A stretch of DNA of 64,000 bases, from NCBI GenBank assembly GCA_964035575.1, contig OZ037843.1:1550001-1614000 (forward strand), given 5' to 3'. The stretch comes from Rhynchopus sp. YZ270_cl-10. Its lineage: Eukaryota. Numbering within the stretch: the first letter of the stretch is position 1; every line of letters begins with the position of its first letter. Positions 35,884 to 46,200 of this stretch are shown piece after piece. A program made the translations under genes and the position numbers. The notes under the pieces were generated by a model. The model was not told the DNA's origin and searched no databases. It was given only the letters and a program-made list of their open reading frames with translations.

Positions 35884-36202
35884 CCCGTTTTTTTGTTTAC
35901 AAGACATATGTGCATTTGCGTTCAAGAATTAAACTCTTCCCCCCAAACCCCCTCTTGTCTCTGTTTTTCTTTATCCAAAAGCCAAGTGGATATGTGCATT
36001 GCCAATTTGGGAAGGCCTGGGACTTTTGGGGTTTGAAAAAAAATGGATGCGATCAACAAACAACAAACAACGAATAAACAAAGAAGGGGGGGGTATTTCA
36101 TTTTTTGTGTGCTTGCAGGAGATGCTAAATCAAATAAAGTTTCCCCCCTCACACACACACTTTTCTGTATTTTCCCCCCTTCCTCCTGGCTCTCGGAGTT
36201 TC

Positions 36203-36779
36203 TCCCCTCCTCACGACCATGTGCCCCATTCCCTGGTGCGAAGGGGTCGTGTGCATTCCCTCTGGTCCGTCGGTGCCCTGTGCTCATTGGGTCCAGCAAA
36301 CGCCTAGTGTTGTGTTCCAGGACACTTCGTCTTTCTTTAATCTGTACACTGGTTCCTTGGAAAACCCGTTTTTAAAGGTATCCAGGTTTTACTGGAGGGA
36401 GCATGACGTCGTCCGCTTTCGCACGCGAGGTGGCGCCCTTTATTCGCATATTCCTAAATTGAAAAGTTAAGGCGTAACTGCCTCCCAGCCGAGCTCTCTT
36501 CAACTTGAGTTTTAGCTTTTCAATTTAGGAATATGCGAATAAAGGGCGCCACCTCGCGTGCGAAAGCGGACGACGTCATGCTCCCTCCAGTAAAACCTGG
36601 ATACCTTTAAAAACGGGTTTTCCAAGGAACCAGTGTACAGATTCAAGAAAGACGAAGTGTCCTGGAACACAACACTAGGCGTTTGCTGGACCCAATGAGC
36701 ACAGGGCACCGACGGACCAGAGGGAATGCACACGACCCCTTCGCACCAGGGAATGGGGCACATGGTCGTGAGGAGGGGA
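36203..36779. repeat. Long near-perfect inverted repeat (268-bp arms, 41-bp loop)
   Basis: Arms 36203-36470 and 36512-36779. ORFs 36219-36470(+) and 36512-36763(-) differ by one residue. Confidence 0.95.
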
Positions 36780-37112
36780 TCCTTCTTCTCTCTGTGTCGC
36801 GAGAAAGTGTTTGTCCTGTCGTCTCTCTATCCCAGTTGCGGTTCCTGGTGTCCTGTCCATCGTGTCTGCAGATGTAGTTGTAGGCTGCTTTGCTGTCTCT
36901 GTTCTGTGGACGTGGTTGCTCTTTCCTTTGTCTACCTTCTCAGGGTATAGTATCAGGCTGCTGTGGATGGTAGTTGTGTAGTCTTTGTGGAGTAGCCCCT
37001 CGCCTTGTCTTGGTACCAGCTTCGGGCCGTGAAGGCCAGGTTTGATCTGTGTTATAACAGATGTCCATGATGACGCTGTGCAATTGGCGCAAGATCCCCT
37101 CCGCCCTAAGGT

Positions 37113-37230
37113 ATGAACCTCATCCTGCGCAGCCTGTGGGCCACAGATGAAGCCCTTGACGGCACCGTCAAGAACTTCAAGTTCTCTGCGTGCGATGCGA
37201 CAAATGCTCCAGCAACTGATGCACCTGGCA
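37113..37230 (+). pseudogene. Fragment of the LamG/mucin receptor family (end of lectin domain and start of stalk)
   Basis: NLILRSLWATDEALDGTVKNFKFSACDATNAP matches 43735-43830 (NLILRSPWASDDPLDGTVKNFKFYACDATNAP). Confidence 0.85.
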
Positions 37231-37386
37231 CTTCTGAAAAGTTGTTGAATTTTTTGGGTGCACAAATAATGGGGATTCCCTCAGAATTGGGGTTTCGTGA
37301 AGGGTTGTTCGTCTTCTCCTTCCACAACACACAAACAGGGACAGCACACCAACCTCTGTTGAACAACAGCATATATTTTCTGGAAG

Positions 37387-40300
37387 ATGGGATCCGGAGC
37401 GTCGAAGTCTGAAAAGGACAAGATTGCAAAGGGAATTACGGGGAAGGAGAGGCCCGTGGACGCAGTGGACAGCGTGGACGGGAGGACAATGCTGCACAGT
37501 GCCGTGCTTGCAGGGGACGTGGGGGCAGTGCGGTTTCTTGTGGTGAACGGGGCAGGGAACGTGCGTGACAAGGTCGGGAAGGTGCCGCTGTGGTACGCAC
37601 TGCAGCACAGGGACGCGGGTGTGCGGGGGCGACTTGAGGCGGAGCTGGGGGCGCATGCAGCAGAGGTCCTTGTGGAGGTGGAGGATGCTGTGCAGGTGTA
37701 CCTCACTGACGGTGTCGGGACAACAACAGCAACAGGTGGTGTGTCGGTGGAACGGAGCAGTGGAGATACAACGACAACACCCCTTACCGACCCTCGCGTA
37801 GGCATGGCGAAAGACACGACCACGACTGGAGACAGACGCCTAGGAGTGGACGATCTTGACGGGGACACGGGTGCACTGCGGCGCACAGACGGACGGAAGG
37901 TGGGGTGGCTGAGCAAAAAGGAGGACAACAACAACAATGGAGGGGCAGACCTGCTGTGCTGGCTGCGTGGTCTGCCAAAGGTGGATCCGCCGTTGGGCTA
38001 CACAGACGAACACGTGCGGCACATAGAGGCGGGGTTCCGTGTGGTGTGCAAGCGTCTGCTGGAGGACATCAGAGGACGGAGGGAGGCTGCGGGGACACGT
38101 GGTGGGCACGTGGAGGTGGAGGACTGGATGGCGGCACGCGACCCGTTTGAGCTGCTGCTGTCGGGGTTCCTGTTCACGTCTGACTGCGTGGAGTATGTGC
38201 TGGACAGCGGCGGGGATGCTGTGTGTGACGAGCACGGGACACCGCAGATTGCGAAAGGGCCTGACGGGAAGCTGCGGTACATCCGTCTGGCGGAGCGGGC
38301 TGTGCTGGACAACCACGGGAGTGCTGCTGATTCACAGTCGCTTGCGCTGTACATGACGATGAACACTGCGATGCGTGCTGTGGGGCAGCTGCCTGCGGTG
38401 AAGGAGTGGAAGGGGACACCTGGGAAGACAGCACCGAACGTGTTTGAGCTGTCGCCCGCACCCTCGCAGCTTCACGTGATTGCTACCTTTGCGCCGCTGA
38501 TCCGTGGTCTGGACCGGCTGATTGGGAGCCGGCGGAAGCAGCTGCGGACTGTGTTCCGCGGGATCAATGTGAACGTGTCTGCGAAGTACGCGCTGGGGAC
38601 GCACGTTGTGTGGAACTGCTTCACGTCGACAACACTGAAGCGGGATGTGGCTCGGAGCTTCATGTACGGGAAGGGGGGCACGTTCTTTGTGGTGGTGGCG
38701 AAGGAGGGTGCTGCTGACGTGAAGTTCTCGTCTGTGTATGCTTCGGAGGACGAGCTGCTGTACACAGCGAACATCGAGTACCGGGTGCAGTGGAAGCTCT
38801 CGCCGACGCTGCTGCGGATGATGGGGCTGCGCTTTGACGTGATTGTGATGCAGGAGGTGTGCACGGGTGTGGGGGAGACGAGTGCGGCTGAGCAGGTGGG
38901 TGCGCTGCAGGAGGTGATGGGGCACACAGTGGCGTTCTTCAAAGACTACCTTGCGCAGTACGTGGAGGGGCGTGTGGGGGACGACACACGTGTGGATGAG
39001 TCGGAGACACGTCCGCTGATGGAGGAGGTGCGGAGGTGGCTTTGTGCACGTGCACGCAGGAGGCCTACGTCTGCAGTATGCACACAGGCAGCAGCAGGCA
39101 CAGAGACGGACACGAAGACGAAGACGACGAAGGTGGGCAAGGTAAGTCTTCAAAAGAAGAAGAACAAGAAAACGAAATCTGCTGACATCGCCAGAGATAG
39201 TGGAAGAGGAAAGAACGTGCTTCAAAGGAAAAAGAAGTCTACGTGTGACGTGTTGTGTGTGATCGGAGAAGGAGGGAGCGGGAAGACGTCTGCTTCGATT
39301 GCAATTCTGAGCGACCTTGCAACGTCTGCGAGGAAGAGCGAAAGCACCAACAGCGAAGACACAAACAGGAACAGAAACAGCGTGGTGAGTGATGTGGCTG
39401 CGGCTGCGAAGCCGTACTTCCCTGTGTTTGTGGCGCTGCCGACTGTGAAGCAGCACCTGCTTGAGAAGGGAGGGCTGGACAGGTTTGTGTTGGAGTCGTT
39501 TGCGCTGCGGGAGGCGGACCGTGCGTTCCTTGCGGAGACGTACGAGGTGGTGCTGGTGCTGGACTCGCTGGACGAGGTGGGGCTGACGCAGGAGGATGTG
39601 GGTGCTGTGGTGGCTGAGGGTGGTCTTATGCGCCGGCATCCGTGGGTGGAGGCACACTGCAGCGTTGTCGTGACTGTGCGTGGGGAGTACCTGAAGGGCG
39701 TGGACACGTCTCCGTCTGGTGTGTGTGGCGCTGGTGTGCATGCTCTGTACATGCAGCCGTTTACAGAGGTGGATGCGAGAACGTACATCGAGCGTGCAAA
39801 CACAGCCTGGGAGAAGGAACACAAAGAGGAGAAGAAGAAGGGAGAGCGTACAGTCTTCGTGTGTGAGGAGGACGTTGAGGGACTTGTGATGCTGCGGAAC
39901 CCGTTTGTGTTGCACATGGCGTGCCACGCGCAGTGCAGCGGGAAGGCTTCTGAGGAGGTGATCTACGAGACCTACCTGGAGACGTGGACGAAGAAGGAGA
40001 TGGCGTCTGGTGGAGTTGCTGGTGCAGATGTGTCTTTTGAGGAAGTGGTGCGTGCAGGGGAGCTTGTTGCATGCAGGATGCTGGAGACAAACGAGTGGCA
40101 GGGGACTGTGGGTGTGGCGTCGCAGATTCTTGATTCGCAGCACGATGTGTGTGAGGCTGTGCGGGATGCGTGCTTCCGCTGCCTGCCCTTCCGTATTGAG
40201 GACTTTGGGGAAGAGCGGAGTGCGTTCACGTTCCGGCACAAGTCGCTTGGGGAGCACCTTGCAGCACGGCGGCTGGCACGTGATCCAGCAGGGACGCTGG

Positions 40301-42630
40301 GGACGCTGGTGCAGCGGAGCTTCAGCAAGGACTCGCAGCGTGTGCTTGGGTTCTTTGCGGCGCTAGTGTGTGCAGACAGTGAGCTGTACAAACGTGCTTG
40401 CGCAGAGCTGCTTGCGGCTGTGAAGGCGACACGCGCAGGTGCAGGTGCAGGTGGAGATGCAGGTGTTAGTGGGGAGGGTGCTGTGACAGCAGGGTCGAAT
40501 GCAGCAGCACTGCTGGCACGTGCACGCATCCCTGTGAGTGGGGAGGACCTGAGCGGGATCCGTGTGTCGAACTGCGACCTGCGCGGGTCTCTGTTTGTGG
40601 AGACGGCGCTGACGGGCGCTTCCTTCTCGAACTGCTGGCTGGAGCACACTGAGTTCAACACCTGTGACATGGGTGGCACGATGCTGCCTGACTGCTCCCT
40701 TGGCACACCACTTCCTGTACTGAAGCAATATGTCGGTGATGTGGCGATGACGCCTGATGGCACTCAAATGCTAACAACTGGTCTCGACACAGTACGCGTG
40801 TGGAGCATGTCTTCTGGGGAAGAAGTGATGGTCTTGGATGTACGCTCGCGAGGTTTTTCAGTAATGGGGCAGCAGGCTGGACCAGTAGCAGTTACACCTG
40901 ACGGAACCCGCGTAGTTTTTGCGTGCTCCATGGACAACACTGTGCGTGTGTGGGATATGCACACTGGGGAGGCAGTGTTCGTCTTGGAAGGCCACGAAGC
41001 TGAGGTGGACGCATTGGCAGTCACTCCCGACAGTTCTAAAGTTGCTTCATGTTCTTCTTGCGCCCTCCTTGTGTGGGATCTCTCGACGGGGAAAAAAACG
41101 TTGGCAATAAATTCGGAGCTTGGTATTCGCAGCATGGTTATCGCTCAGGATGGAAGTAAAATAGTGACTTGCTTTGAGGAGGTGATGTGCGTACGGGATC
41201 TGGTCACGGGGAAGACGGAGATGGAATGGCCTTGTCGTGTGGAGTCTTCGCATGCACTGGCAGTCACTCCCGATGGATGCCATGTTGTTTCGTGCTATAA
41301 TGACGCACACCTTTGGAACCTCTCCACTGGGGCAGAGGTGATGGTGTTCCGTGCCGACGCTATGCTGAGTGCTGTGGCAGTCACTCCTGATGGATGTCAC
41401 GTGGTTGCTGGATCCTTGAGTGCCACTGTGCACGTTTGGAGCATTTCCACTGGGAAGGAGGTGACGGTGTTGCGAGGGCATACTGCTTCGGTGACGGCAG
41501 TGGCAGTGGCACCAGATGGCTACGTGGTTTCATGCGCCCGAGACGCCAGAGTTCGAGTGTGGAACATCACGACCGGGAAGGAGGCGTCGGGTTTCGAAGG
41601 ACTCGCGGGTGGGTCTGTGGCAGTGGCCCCTGACGGATCTATCATTTCGTACAGAGGGAAGAGGAACTCCATCTGGAACGCATCCACCGGCAGGCAGACA
41701 CAGGTAGTTGAAGCAGGAACAAACAAACATGAAAGCACTGCTGCGACCGTGTACCCAGATGGATCTCATGTAGTTTATTGCTCTTGCAACGACGCTGGCG
41801 AAAGGAGCACGTGTGTGTGGGACGTTGCGACGGGAAAAGTGCGGCCTTTGTGCACGGATTCCAGTGAGTTCGCGGTGTTCTTGAAAGAGTCTGCGGGACT
41901 TGGGTTCTTGGCAGTGTCTCCCGATGCATCTCACGTGGTGACCTGTTCAGAGCGGGGCCAAGGCTTTCGGTCGGATGTGTGGAGCATGACGACTGGGAAG
42001 AAGGTGGCAGAATGTGCAGCAAATTACGTACCCTTAGCAGCGGTAGTGACGTCTGATGGAGTGCATGTGGTTTCGCGCCATTCTGACAGCACCGTACGCA
42101 TGTGGAAACTTCGCACTGGAGAAGAGACCATGGTGTTCATAGGAAATAACGATGCCTCCGACGTGGCCGTGACTCGCGACGGGTCTCGTGTTGTTGTTGC
42201 ATGCTCTTCCAATATTGTGCGTGTGTGGGATGTTGCCACCGGGAAGGAGGTCTTCACCTTGGAACAGCCAGGCAAGAATGGTAGTCGCGTATTGGCACTG
42301 ACACCTGATGGAACTCACTTGGTGTCGTCTGGACGCGATTCTGTGACCGTGTGGAGCATGACCACTGGCGAGGTGGTGGCAGCGATCAGGGGACATTATG
42401 CTTTGTACAGCGTTGCTGTGAGCCCCGATGGGCATGAAGTGATCTGTGGTTGTGAGGATAACACTGTGCGTGTATGGACCATCTGCACTGGAGAAGATGG
42501 CACTATTGTTGGGTTGCGGCTGAAGAGAGTCATTGGCATCCCTCAAACAGTCCCTTGTGCATTGGGCTGTCGCAATGCTGATACTGTGGAGCCTGCGCTT
42601 GCGAGACGCATTCTTTGTGCTGGGGTGTGA
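37387..42630 (+). CDS. NLR-like STAND protein: myristoylation motif, ankyrin repeats, ADP-ribosyltransferase, NACHT NTPase, pentapeptide repeats, 14 WD40 repeats
   Basis: MGSGAS start. Ankyrin GRTMLHSAV..GDVGAVRFLV..RDKVGKVPLWYA. ART motifs LYMTMNTAMR, VFRGI, WNCFTSTT, SEDELL. Walker A GEGGSGKT (39265-39288), Walker B LVLDSLDE, plus VVTVRGEY, RNPFVL and FRHKSLGEHLAA. Pentapeptide DLSGIRVSNCDLRGSLF. 14 VAVTPDG...W[D/S/N] units. Confidence 0.92.
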   Translation: MGSGASKSEKDKIAKGITGKERPVDAVDSVDGRTMLHSAVLAGDVGAVRFLVVNGAGNVRDKVGKVPLWYALQHRDAGVRGRLEAELGAHAAEVLVEVEDAVQVYLTDGVGTTTATGGVSVERSSGDTTTTPLTDPRVGMAKDTTTTGDRRLGVDDLDGDTGALRRTDGRKVGWLSKKEDNNNNGGADLLCWLRGLPKVDPPLGYTDEHVRHIEAGFRVVCKRLLEDIRGRREAAGTRGGHVEVEDWMAARDPFELLLSGFLFTSDCVEYVLDSGGDAVCDEHGTPQIAKGPDGKLRYIRLAERAVLDNHGSAADSQSLALYMTMNTAMRAVGQLPAVKEWKGTPGKTAPNVFELSPAPSQLHVIATFAPLIRGLDRLIGSRRKQLRTVFRGINVNVSAKYALGTHVVWNCFTSTTLKRDVARSFMYGKGGTFFVVVAKEGAADVKFSSVYASEDELLYTANIEYRVQWKLSPTLLRMMGLRFDVIVMQEVCTGVGETSAAEQVGALQEVMGHTVAFFKDYLAQYVEGRVGDDTRVDESETRPLMEEVRRWLCARARRRPTSAVCTQAAAGTETDTKTKTTKVGKVSLQKKKNKKTKSADIARDSGRGKNVLQRKKKSTCDVLCVIGEGGSGKTSASIAILSDLATSARKSESTNSEDTNRNRNSVVSDVAAAAKPYFPVFVALPTVKQHLLEKGGLDRFVLESFALREADRAFLAETYEVVLVLDSLDEVGLTQEDVGAVVAEGGLMRRHPWVEAHCSVVVTVRGEYLKGVDTSPSGVCGAGVHALYMQPFTEVDARTYIERANTAWEKEHKEEKKKGERTVFVCEEDVEGLVMLRNPFVLHMACHAQCSGKASEEVIYETYLETWTKKEMASGGVAGADVSFEEVVRAGELVACRMLETNEWQGTVGVASQILDSQHDVCEAVRDACFRCLPFRIEDFGEERSAFTFRHKSLGEHLAARRLARDPAGTLGTLVQRSFSKDSQRVLGFFAALVCADSELYKRACAELLAAVKATRAGAGAGGDAGVSGEGAVTAGSNAAALLARARIPVSGEDLSGIRVSNCDLRGSLFVETALTGASFSNCWLEHTEFNTCDMGGTMLPDCSLGTPLPVLKQYVGDVAMTPDGTQMLTTGLDTVRVWSMSSGEEVMVLDVRSRGFSVMGQQAGPVAVTPDGTRVVFACSMDNTVRVWDMHTGEAVFVLEGHEAEVDALAVTPDSSKVASCSSCALLVWDLSTGKKTLAINSELGIRSMVIAQDGSKIVTCFEEVMCVRDLVTGKTEMEWPCRVESSHALAVTPDGCHVVSCYNDAHLWNLSTGAEVMVFRADAMLSAVAVTPDGCHVVAGSLSATVHVWSISTGKEVTVLRGHTASVTAVAVAPDGYVVSCARDARVRVWNITTGKEASGFEGLAGGSVAVAPDGSIISYRGKRNSIWNASTGRQTQVVEAGTNKHESTAATVYPDGSHVVYCSCNDAGERSTCVWDVATGKVRPLCTDSSEFAVFLKESAGLGFLAVSPDASHVVTCSERGQGFRSDVWSMTTGKKVAECAANYVPLAAVVTSDGVHVVSRHSDSTVRMWKLRTGEETMVFIGNNDASDVAVTRDGSRVVVACSSNIVRVWDVATGKEVFTLEQPGKNGSRVLALTPDGTHLVSSGRDSVTVWSMTTGEVVAAIRGHYALYSVAVSPDGHEVICGCEDNTVRVWTICTGEDGTIVGLRLKRVIGIPQTVPCALGCRNADTVEPALARRILCAGV

Positions 42631-43275
42631 GCGCACTGTTCGTACTTGCTCTTTGTGTTTGCCTCTTTTCCAAGATGAATGCAGTCTGACGAGCACGAAT
42701 GGTGTTGACACTGCCTCGTGCGGTGGTACCCTCATGCCACTGCGGGTGCGTTGTGCGAGGACAGAAGAGCGGCTGTCGAGGTCAGTACACTACGTGTGCT
42801 TTCTGTTCATATTCACACGTCTTTTCCAAGATGTGTTGCGATTACATGTGTTATGTTCGTTTTGTGGATGTTTAAGTTATATTTGGAGTGAATATCACAC
42901 ACGCATACTTGCTTGTTGCTGTTTTTTTACCACCATGCATGCTTTGTGCTTTGACCACTTGGTTTTTGGAGTGTCCGACTGCCACTTCCACATCTGTACA
43001 CTATTCATTTCAGCTTTTCCCCGCAGTTTGGAGCTCAGGTGGAGAGTTGAGGAATACCACAAACCTTTCCCCCCATGGAAAAAAACCCTGCTCTTTTTAA
43101 AACGGGTGCTTTGTTTTCCTGTATTGTTGTTCTCGTTGCTCGGTTGCCAAAACGCCATCAGAAAGTAATGCACGCAGCAGCAAGCTCCTCTGTCGTCCAA
43201 CCCTTTTCTTCATGTAGTGATCTAGCCTCCGCACCCCACCCTCTCCAACCCACCACATCACACCACACTACAGAA

Positions 43276-46200
43276 ATGCGGTTTGCAGTCTTGTCTGCTT
43301 TGATATGCAGTGCTGCAGCTGTGCCACCAGACCCGTGTGCTGGTCCCATCCTGCTCACGTCGTTCACAGACATCAGTGAACATGACTCGACCCGAACTCT
43401 GACGTTTGGGGGTGGGTTCCGGATGGAGGCGGATGTGACCGTGAACTCAGCTACGCATTGGGCACGTGTGTTTGACTTTTCGAACGGGCCGACTGCGGAC
43501 AACGTGCTGCTTGGGTTGAACGGGGGAAAGTGGAGCTACCAAACGTATCTCGGCTCCAGCGGGCAGACCATCGTTGCGGACCCGGTAGACACGCCGTACG
43601 GTACAGAGATGCACATGGTGCTGGTGGGAATAGATAGCGGCCACCCCACGGACGGGGAGGTTGTGCTGTACATCGACGGCGCAGAACGCATGCGGCAGAC
43701 AGTCCCGCTCCCCGCCATGCTCACACGCAACACGAACCTCATCCTGCGCAGCCCGTGGGCCTCAGATGACCCCCTCGACGGCACCGTCAAGAACTTCAAG
43801 TTCTATGCGTGCGATGCGACAAATGCTCCGGACACAGACGCACCACCAACTGACGCTCCAGCTACAGACGCACCAGCGACAGATGCACCTGCAACTGACG
43901 CACCAGCTACAGATGCACCTGCAACAGATGCACCTGACACAGATGCACCACCAACTGACGCACCAGCTACAGATGCTCCAGCGACTGACGCACCAGCAAC
44001 AGATGCACCTGACACAGATGCACCACCAACTGACGCTCCAGCTACAGACGCACCAGCGACAGATGCACCTGCAACTGACGCACCAGCTACAGATGCACCA
44101 CCAACTGACGCACCTGGCACAGATGCTCCAGCAACAGATGCTCCAGCGACTGACGCACCAGCTACAGATGCACCTGACACAGACGCACCTGCAACTGATG
44201 CACCAGCTACAGATGCACCAGCAACTGACGCACCAGCGACTGACGCACCTGACACAGACGCACCAGCTACAGACGCACCTGCAACAGATGCTCCAGCAAC
44301 TGATGCACCAGCGACTGACGCACCGGCAACTGACGCACCTGACACAGATGCTCCAGCAACAGATGCTCCAGCGACTGACGCACCAGCTACAGATGCACCT
44401 GACACAGACGCACCCGCAACAGATGCTCCAGCAACTGATGCACCAGCAACTGACGCACCTGACACAGACGCACCAGCTACAGACGCACCCGCAACAGATG
44501 CTCCAGCAACTGATGCACCAGCGACAGATCCACCAGCGACAGACGCACCTGCGACAGACGCACCTGCGACTGACGCACCTGACACAGATGCTCCGTACAC
44601 AAATGCACCACCAACTGATGCTCCAGCAACTAATTCACCTACAACTGACGCACCAGCAACAACTGCACCCGACACAGACGCCCCTGATACAGTTGCCCCA
44701 CCAACAAATGCTCCTGACGCGCCTGACACAATTGCACCTGACACAGTTTCTCCCGATACAGTTGCTCCTGATACAGATGGGCCAGCGACCCCTGCCACCG
44801 ACGCACCTGCCACTTTGACCACTGCACCACATACAACAGCGCCTCTCACAGTGAAGCCTGCTTCACGTACTATGGCACCCACTCCCACCATGGCACCGGT
44901 CGTATCTCCTGTCACAGGCACACCAGCTGTTCCAGGTACAGGGACGCCAGCACCATCCACACCTGTGCCAACACCTGCGCCCACCCCTGCACCGTTGGAG
45001 ACGTCCGACGTGGAGACACCTGCACGCTTCCGCGATACACCCACAAGTGGGCTCAAGGCCGAGTCGAAGGAGACGCTCCATGTGTCCTCCACAGTCGCTA
45101 GTACCACAGCTGTCCTCGGTGGTGCAGCAGGCAACGCAGGCAAGCTCGCAGTGCTGAACAGCTTTGGGTGTGAGATGGACGACGTGGACCTTGGTGACGA
45201 GACACTTGACTGGGAGTTCCACCCGCTCATGTTTGCGATGGGCTCTGCGCACGGGAAGTACAAGGTGGCTGCGATGGTGATGAACCCTCTGCTCATCATG
45301 GTTGTGGGGATGATTGCGGTTGGCGTCTCGCTTGCGACGCAGCACACCTTGCATTACGCGAAGGAACGTGCGCTTGGGCTTGCACGCTTCCCGGGTGTGC
45401 TGTACGTGCCGTACCTGTTCCTGCTGCAGGGGACAAGCCTTGTGTCGACACAGGTTGTGTTCGACGCGTCGCGGTACTCGGCAGGTGTGGTGGTGATGGC
45501 GGCTGCAGTGCTGGGTGTGTGCCTCGTGTCGCCCGCACTTCTGTACTTCACTGTCCTGCGCCATGTGGAGCGCAACGCGGAGCTCTTCCCAGACCCTGCC
45601 ATCACCGGGAACCCGATGACGGGCGAGCAGGGAGCACGTGCACACAGCAAGCTCTACAAGTTTGCCTTTGGGCTCGACATTTGGGTGTCACGTGAGTCGG
45701 GCCACTTCGCCGAACGCTACGGGATCTGCTTTGAGAACCTGCGCCCCGGATGTCTGTGGTACATTGTGTCTGAGCTGCTGTGCATTCTGTGCCTCTCACT
45801 GCTCTCTGGCTGGAAGCCGACCACCAAGACTGCATGCGACACACGCAACTTCTCCATTGCAGTCATGCTCACCGCCTTCTTCCTTGCAGCCGCCATCAAA
45901 CGCCCTTTCATCGCACCCATGGACAACATGATCGCAATCGCAATGGCCTTTTCGATGGCAGCTGCCGTCATCCTTATGTCCATTGCCATCACGACCGAGA
46001 CACAGAAGGACGCTGCCATCTACACTATCAGCATGTGTCTGCTGCTTACGGCTGCGGTTTTGATTATGGCAAAGTGTCTTTGGGACTTTGTCATTTACGC
46101 GATGGACGTTTGCATGATACGGAGGGTTGGTGCACGCGAGCTGGCACGCGACATGCGTGAGAGGAAGGTGGACGTGGATGAGCTTGAGCTTATGGGTGCG

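Noticed and set aside
38332..40257. 641-aa minus-strand ORF and other long antisense ORFs over genes
   Set aside because: Shadow frames of GC-rich coding sequence, His/Leu/Arg-biased with no motifs.
43661..45347. Gln/His-rich and (GASVA)n ORFs overlapping the mucin stalks (also 12033-13148)
   Set aside because: Alternative-frame translations of the 15-bp coding repeat.
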